From contig CAZXEQ010000001.1 in NCBI GenBank assembly GCA_964640155.1, positions 486,403-518,402 on the forward strand: DNA of 32,000 nucleotides, in the 5' to 3' direction. The DNA comes from an uncultured bacterium. Its GTDB lineage: Bacteria; Auribacterota; JACPWU01. Position 1 is the first letter of the stretch, and each line of letters opens with the position of its first letter. Under the pieces are notes generated by a model, which saw only the letters and a program-made list of their open reading frames with translations, did no database searches and was not told the DNA's origin. Made by a program: the position numbers and the translations under genes. This document shows, piece by piece, positions 26,770-32,000 of the stretch.

Positions 26770-29700
26770 AGTTTCACCTCATCGGATATAGCGGTGCGAG
26801 TGCGGGCGATCAGCATATAAATCGCAGGCAAGACAAATAGAGTGAACAATGTTCCAATAGCCATACCCGTAACGAGCATCATACCAATACTGTTGCGTGA
26901 ACCAGCACCCGGACCCGTAGCTAATATTAGAGGAGTGTGCCCCGCAATTGTAGCAACACTCGTCATTAAGACCGGTCGCAAGCGCGTACCAGCCGCCTCG
27001 ATGACGGCATCGAGTTTATTTTTACCGGTTTCCTGTAGTTTGTTGGCAAATTCCACAATAAGAATACCGTTTTTGGAAACAAGCCCGACAAGTGTAATCA
27101 ATCCAATCTGACTATAAATGTTTAACGTGGTAAAACCTAGAAAGCTAAACAAGAGCGACCCTGACAGCGCCAGTGGCACTGAACCTAACAGAATAATAAC
27201 TGGATCTCGAAAACTTTCGAACTGAGCCGCGAGCACAAGAAAAATAAGAATGAGAGAGAGCATCAGTGTGGTGTTTAGATTATTACCTTCAACGCGCAAT
27301 TGCCGAGCTTCGCCAGCATAATCCACAGTGTATCCTTTTGGTAAAATCTTTGCGGCTTCCTCTTCCAAGAGTTTAAGCGCTCGATCAAGCGTAACGCCAG
27401 GAGCAATGACACCTTGAATCTTAACAGAGTTCAATTGCTGGAATCGAGAAATGGAACGCGGTTGTGTAGACGATTTGAGCGTGGCAAATGTCGAGAGTTG
27501 TACAAGCTTACCGTCGGGGCCAGTGACGTAAAGATCTTTCAACTGCTCTGGTGTTAGCCGTTCAGGTCGTGTGACCTGGGGAATCACCTTGTAACTGCGA
27601 CCTTGCATACTAAAGCGATTCACATAATTGCCACCGAGCAATGTGCCAAGATCTGCACCCACTTGTTGAAGATTCAATCCGAGGGACGCAACTTTGTCGC
27701 GGTCAAATACAATTTCAGTCTGTGGTTGGTCAAACTTTAGATCTGTATCTGCAAACATGAATAAACCACTCGCAAATGCTTTCCCAACAATTTGATGGGC
27801 GAAACCTATCAACTCCTCCGGCCCAACCGTAGACGCGATGACAAACTCGACTGGAAACTGGCCACTTCCAGGTAATGGAGAAGGTGTGGTTGCAATGACC
27901 TGAATACCAGGAATCGCAGTAACTTTTGCAAACACTTCACCCACGATTTGTTCGGTCGTACGTTTACGCTCACTCCACGGTTTAACAGTCAAACCGCCAA
28001 ACCCACCTACAGGCGTTGTAATTTGAAATGTATTTTCTGTTTCTGGAATCGATTTAAAAGCATCATTCACCTTCTGGGTAAACAAAAGGGTCTGGTCCAA
28101 CGTGGAATTCGGTGAAGCAAAGACAATGCCCATAATAAAACCCTGATCTTCTTTAGGTGCAAGCTCACTCTGCGAAAACATAAAAAATGGTATGCCCAAT
28201 AGAATTACAATGACTGCTAACGTCAATGTCACTGGACGCCATTTCAAAGTGTTTGTGAGAACCTGAACATACTTGCTACGAAGCAAATCAAAATAATGGT
28301 GAACCTTACCAGCTAAGCCATGGTGAGAATCAGCGTCTCTCAAAAGTTTTGAAGACATCATTGGTGACAATGTAATGGCTACAATACCCGACACCATCAC
28401 GGCACCAGCTAGTGTAAGCGCAAACTCTTTGAACAACGCACCCGTGAGTCCTCCTTGAAATGCGATCGGTGCGTACACCGCCGCAAGTGTGATGGTCATT
28501 GCGATAATAGGACTGAACAATTCACGACCACTTTTTATAGCTGCCTCGATGGGTGTGGAACCCTCTCGCAAATGGCGTTCGACATTTTCTACAACGACAA
28601 TGGCATCATCCACCACCAACCCCACGGACAACACAACTGCCAACAATGTCAGCAAATTCAAAGTAAATCCAAACACCATCATCAAGAACACAGCACCAAT
28701 GAGTGAAATAGGAATAGCTACAACGGGAATAAGAATCGATCGCCACGACCCCAGAAAAAGAAAAATCACGATGACCACAATCACCAATGTTTCTAGTAAG
28801 GTATGCGTCACTTCATGAATAGCATCTTTGATATATTTTGTTCCGTCATAAGGAACAATCACTTTCATTCCAATAGGTAATTGTCTCTCGATCTCTGGTA
28901 ACTGCGCTCGTACCGACTTCACAACATCTAAGGAATTGGCTGTTGGCAACGCCCAAATACCCATGAATGTTGCTTTCTGGCCAGACATTCTTACTTCTTC
29001 GTCGTTATTCTCCGAACCAAGGGAAACATCCGCCACATCCTTGAGCCGTACAATTACATTATCTTGTTTACGAATCACAAGTTGCCGAAATTCCTCTGGC
29101 GTACGCAAGTCCGTGTTAGCAGTCAGGTTTACTGAGACCATCGAGCCTTTCGTCGCACCCACAGCCGAGAGATAATTGTTTGCGCCTAGCGCAGTTCGCA
29201 CTTCGGACGGCGATATATTCAATGCCGCAAGCCGATCCGCTTTCAACCACACACGCATGGCAAATGTCCGCGCTCCAAGAATGTCCGCCTTCTGTACACC
29301 ACTGATGGCAGTTAGCTTTGGCTGAACGACGCGTATGAGATAATCGGTAATTTGGTTTTGATCGAGATCCTCCGAGGAAAACCCCAGATACATTGAAGCA
29401 AATTGACTGTCACTCATTTCAAGGTTAATGACAGGAGATTCAGCTTCTGGCGGTAAATCGTTTCGGACTTGCGCAACCTTTGATTGAATCTGTGTAAGCG
29501 CATCGTTGTTGTTGTAATTTAATTTCAAATGAATGGAAATAGTGCTCAAACCCTGCACACTCTGCGACTCGATGTAATCAATACCGTCCGCACTGGCAAT
29601 CACACGTTCCAACGGCGTGGTGATAAACCCTCTTACCAAATCGGCATTTGCTCCCACGTATGCAGTCTTCACGGTGAGAACAGCTATGTCGCTCTTGGGA

Positions 29701-29813
29701 TATTGCCGCACATTCAGAGACAGAATGGCCTGAAAGCCTGCAAGCAAAATAACAAGATTAACAACTGTTGCAACTACCGGACGACGAATAAAAAAATCAG
29801 TAAATGTGAACAC
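26766..29813 (-). CDS. RND efflux transporter permease (AcrB/MdtB-like, HAE1-type)
   Basis: 1015 aa. The N-terminus FFIRRPVVATVVNLVILLAG and the 12-TM layout with two large periplasmic loops are typical of the family. Confidence 0.95.
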   Translation of the reverse strand: MFTFTDFFIRRPVVATVVNLVILLAGFQAILSLNVRQYPKSDIAVLTVKTAYVGANADLVRGFITTPLERVIASADGIDYIESQSVQGLSTISIHLKLNYNNNDALTQIQSKVAQVRNDLPPEAESPVINLEMSDSQFASMYLGFSSEDLDQNQITDYLIRVVQPKLTAISGVQKADILGARTFAMRVWLKADRLAALNISPSEVRTALGANNYLSAVGATKGSMVSVNLTANTDLRTPEEFRQLVIRKQDNVIVRLKDVADVSLGSENNDEEVRMSGQKATFMGIWALPTANSLDVVKSVRAQLPEIERQLPIGMKVIVPYDGTKYIKDAIHEVTHTLLETLVIVVIVIFLFLGSWRSILIPVVAIPISLIGAVFLMMVFGFTLNLLTLLAVVLSVGLVVDDAIVVVENVERHLREGSTPIEAAIKSGRELFSPIIAMTITLAAVYAPIAFQGGLTGALFKEFALTLAGAVMVSGIVAITLSPMMSSKLLRDADSHHGLAGKVHHYFDLLRSKYVQVLTNTLKWRPVTLTLAVIVILLGIPFFMFSQSELAPKEDQGFIMGIVFASPNSTLDQTLLFTQKVNDAFKSIPETENTFQITTPVGGFGGLTVKPWSERKRTTEQIVGEVFAKVTAIPGIQVIATTPSPLPGSGQFPVEFVIASTVGPEELIGFAHQIVGKAFASGLFMFADTDLKFDQPQTEIVFDRDKVASLGLNLQQVGADLGTLLGGNYVNRFSMQGRSYKVIPQVTRPERLTPEQLKDLYVTGPDGKLVQLSTFATLKSSTQPRSISRFQQLNSVKIQGVIAPGVTLDRALKLLEEEAAKILPKGYTVDYAGEARQLRVEGNNLNTTLMLSLILIFLVLAAQFESFRDPVIILLGSVPLALSGSLLFSFLGFTTLNIYSQIGLITLVGLVSKNGILIVEFANKLQETGKNKLDAVIEAAGTRLRPVLMTSVATIAGHTPLILATGPGAGSRNSIGMMLVTGMAIGTLFTLFVLPAIYMLIARTRTAISDEVKL

Positions 29814-29822
29814 AAAATTTCC

Positions 29823-30920
29823 TTACATGTTTGCCGGTTTAGGATTTGTTTCATTTCCGGGCTGAACGCTGTTATCAACTTGTACCGGCAGACTATTGCG
29901 CAACTTGAACACTCCAGAGCTTACAACTTCATCACTCGGCTTGACACCTGACACGATAGCAATCTGATCACCGCGGCTCTCCCCTAGCTTCACAAATTGC
30001 TGCATTGCTTTACCATCCTTCACAATAAACACAGAATCCCCATAGGGCGCATAACTAATGGAAGAAGCTGGAACAGAAATAACGGTTTGTTCTGCCATAA
30101 GAACCTTGATATTCACAAACATACCCGGTTTCAATTTGTGTTCGGCATTTTTCACCGTGCCTTGAATTGCAACATTGCGCGTGGATGGATCCAATCGCGA
30201 TTCAATCGCAGTAATTTCACCGCTAAATTCTTCTGCGTCTAGTCCGACAGCATTGATCCGGATTCGTTTACCGATTGAGATGTCGTTGAGGTTTTGCTGG
30301 GGTAACGCGAACTCCACATAAATGGGGTCAATCGATTCCAACTGTACAATGGGTGCACCGACATTCAGATATTGTCCAAGATCTACTTTTCGAATACCCA
30401 GCTGACCATCGAATGCGGCAATAATGTTCTTACGGGCAATCAACGCTTGAGCCTCATCTACCGCAGCAACCGCCTGACGGTACATACTCTGGGCCTCGTC
30501 AAGACTGGATTTGGCAATAGCACCCGTTACAATCAACTTTTGTTGGCGTTCCTGAATTAATTTCGTTAAATCACGACGCGCTTCGGCCGAACGTAACTGC
30601 GCTTCTTCCTGCTGACTGTCGAGTCGGACCAGTAAATCGCCTTTCTTTACTGTTGCTCCAGACTGAAACTTTATCTCTGCTACAATACCTGGAAGATCCG
30701 TGCTAACCGTAACGCCATTAACGGCCTTCAGCGACCCCACTGCATTCAAAGTAGGTTGCCATTTTACCGGTTCAACAATAATCGTCGTAACCGCTGTGGG
30801 AGGCGGAGTCATTTGTTTCATCATCGCAATCCCAGCACGCACTTGTTTTATCTTATATCCACCAATTGCAGCGATAAAAATCCCCACCACGACCAGCATA
30901 ATTAACATTCTCTTTTTCAT
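29823..30920 (-). CDS. RND efflux periplasmic adaptor (membrane fusion protein)
   Basis: It has an HlyD/AcrA-like coiled-coil hairpin and a barrel-sandwich domain. I prefer the ATG at 30920 (MKKRMLIMLVVVG...), which has an AAGAGG SD upstream. The track's TTG at 30953 lies inside the operator palindrome. Confidence 0.9.
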   Translation of the reverse strand: MKKRMLIMLVVVGIFIAAIGGYKIKQVRAGIAMMKQMTPPPTAVTTIIVEPVKWQPTLNAVGSLKAVNGVTVSTDLPGIVAEIKFQSGATVKKGDLLVRLDSQQEEAQLRSAEARRDLTKLIQERQQKLIVTGAIAKSSLDEAQSMYRQAVAAVDEAQALIARKNIIAAFDGQLGIRKVDLGQYLNVGAPIVQLESIDPIYVEFALPQQNLNDISIGKRIRINAVGLDAEEFSGEITAIESRLDPSTRNVAIQGTVKNAEHKLKPGMFVNIKVLMAEQTVISVPASSISYAPYGDSVFIVKDGKAMQQFVKLGESRGDQIAIVSGVKPSDEVVSSGVFKLRNSLPVQVDNSVQPGNETNPKPANM

Positions 30921-30940
30921 AACATTCATCCTCTTTCTAT

Positions 30941-30954
30941 ATTGACTAGTCAAT
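30941..30954. promoter_or_regulatory. Perfect 14-bp palindrome ATTGACTAGTCAAT, a candidate TetR operator in front of the efflux genes
   Basis: It lies in the 46-nt tetR-MFP spacer. The TTGACT/AGTCAA half-sites are the same hexamers found in the palindrome upstream of tetR. Confidence 0.45.
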
Positions 30955-30975
30955 TAAGACGTAAAACAAAAAAAT

Positions 30976-31587
30976 TTAGCCTACAACTGGTAAAACCTTT
31001 GCACCCAGCAGTCGAAAGATTGCAGGTTTGAGTTGGCGAACAAGTTCTAATTTATTTTGTACTTTGGCTTGAAGTAATACACCCTCGATCAATGCATGTA
31101 TATCACTTGCCAACGCGCTCACATCAGTCGGGGCAATAACTTTCTCCCGGATTGCATCGTGCAGAGTGTCTTCAAAATACTTGATGATCCTTCCAAATAA
31201 CTCCGTGGACTTTTGACGGATGGATTCTTCCAACGTACTTTGCTCAGAAGCAATGGAACCATAAGGACAACCACATACTTTCCCCGTCTTTTCCATTTTT
31301 TCCTTCTGACTCTCATAAATGGCATCGCAAAAAGTTGCGATTCGCTCTAGGGGTGATATTTGAGAGGAAAAAATGGTGTCCAACTTACCTCGATTCTGCC
31401 TCCAGTAATCCTCCAGTGCCTCTACAGCCAGCTCCGCCTTTGATACAAAAAAATGATAAAAACTACCTTTATTCACTCCTGCCTTTGCACAGATATCATC
31501 TACACTGACCGAGCCATAATTGCTGGCAGAAATCAACTCATTCATGGTATTCAAGAGTTTTTGCTTGGTATTTGATCCTGGTTTCAT
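30976..31587 (-). CDS. TetR/AcrR-family transcriptional regulator
   Basis: 203 aa with an N-terminal HTH (SVDDICAKAGVNKGSFYHFFVSKAEL). It lies immediately upstream of, and co-oriented with, the MFP-RND-OMF genes. Confidence 0.9.
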   Translation of the reverse strand: MKPGSNTKQKLLNTMNELISASNYGSVSVDDICAKAGVNKGSFYHFFVSKAELAVEALEDYWRQNRGKLDTIFSSQISPLERIATFCDAIYESQKEKMEKTGKVCGCPYGSIASEQSTLEESIRQKSTELFGRIIKYFEDTLHDAIREKVIAPTDVSALASDIHALIEGVLLQAKVQNKLELVRQLKPAIFRLLGAKVLPVVG

Positions 31588-31600
31588 GCTCGCATCATAC

Positions 31601-31616
31601 TTGACTATTTAGTCAA
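31601..31616. promoter_or_regulatory. 16-bp palindrome TTGACTATTTAGTCAA, a candidate TetR auto-operator
   Basis: It sits 14-29 nt upstream of the tetR ATG and is nested in a larger inverted repeat, ATACTTG...CAAGTAT (31597-31626). A possible TTGCAG-17 nt-TATGAT promoter overlaps it on the minus strand. Confidence 0.5.
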
Positions 31617-31801
31617 CTGCAAGTATTTAAATTATGCTTAACACAATTTTTATAGATCTTTACTTAAATTATTGAGTGAAGCCATATTCTTTTCGAGTTC
31701 GAGCAAGATTAACTTTTTTTAAGATGATTTTAACTTTAATTTAATGTTTTTTTGTTAGATTGATTCCAAGAAAAAACGAATGTACTGGAGGATAAAAACA
31801 A

Positions 31802-32000
31802 ATGGATGCCATTACTAAATCATTTTTAAGCAAGGTGAATTCTCAAAAGGGCCCTCAAATTTATGAACTTTCCGTAAAAGAGGCTCGGGAAGTACTTTCC
31901 AAAGCACAAGCCGGCAAAGTAAAAAAACTCGCTGTTGATATCGAAGATCTAGAAATTCCGTGCGGTCCCAAAGGAAGCGTTTCCATACGTATTGTTCGGC
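31802..32000 (+). CDS. Alpha/beta hydrolase (esterase/lipase, fold-3 type), 5' fragment
   Basis: An ATG with a GGAGG SD at 31787-31791. The N-terminus MDAITKSFLSKVNSQKGPQIYELSVKEAREVL...DLEIPCGPKGSVSIRIVR follows the usual N-terminal cap pattern of HSL-family esterases. Only 66 codons fall within the window. Confidence 0.5.
   Translation, partial: MDAITKSFLSKVNSQKGPQIYELSVKEAREVLSKAQAGKVKKLAVDIEDLEIPCGPKGSVSIRIVR

Noticed and set aside
1-32000. A search for tRNA/rRNA/tmRNA/RNase P/SRP signatures, CRISPR-like spaced repeats, IS terminal repeats with transposase, integrases, and phage or defence genes.
   Set aside because: None was seen. Intergenic spaces are short (at most 548 nt) and lack T-loop (GGTTCGAATCC-like) or other hallmark motifs. 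All long ORFs are accounted for by metabolic, respiratory, translation or efflux functions. This was a visual scan only, so tRNAscan-SE/Infernal should confirm it.

Overview
This window looks like mostly core chromosome from a low-GC (spot counts roughly 32-48%) diderm aerobic bacterium. I cannot place it taxonomically from sequence alone.

Layout, left to right:
1. A minus-strand tetrapyrrole operon, sirC, hemX-like (CcsA family), hemA, hemC and a cobA/hemD fusion. It ends in a translationally coupled MBL-fold hydrolase that runs off the window.
2. A 548-nt non-coding gap holding a 142-nt highly structured element just upstream of rnc (RNase III).
3. A minus-strand gatC-gatA-gatB-accD-folC operon whose 3' end overlaps rnc.
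4. An orphan secreted FG-GAP (integrin-like) beta-propeller gene bracketed by a 31-nt direct repeat.
5. A self-contained minus-strand terminal-oxidase module. Its order is an amicyanin-like cupredoxin, CoxII (no heme c domain), CoxI (A2-type YSHPAV motif), heme A synthase, heme O synthase, CoxIII, CoxIV, SCO1 and DUF420/CtaM.
6. typA/bipA.
7. A small DUF2490-like outer-membrane protein.
8. A membrane fatty-acid desaturase translationally coupled to a visibly higher-GC TetR-regulated RND efflux operon (TetR, MFP, RND, OMF).
9. The 5' end of an alpha/beta-hydrolase gene.

By eye I found no rRNA, tRNA, CRISPR array, transposase, integrase, phage gene or recognisable defence or toxin-antitoxin module. 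Every long ORF has an ordinary family assignment, so I see no convincing new multi-gene system.

The items most worth a second look:
- the structured element in the rnc leader
- the cupredoxin-led A2-type oxidase cluster
- the desaturase/RND coupling with shared TTGACT palindromes
- the repeat-bracketed FG-GAP gene
- the GC-rich hairpins inside the ctaA 3' tail

All family calls rest on motifs I recognised in the translations, not on database searches.
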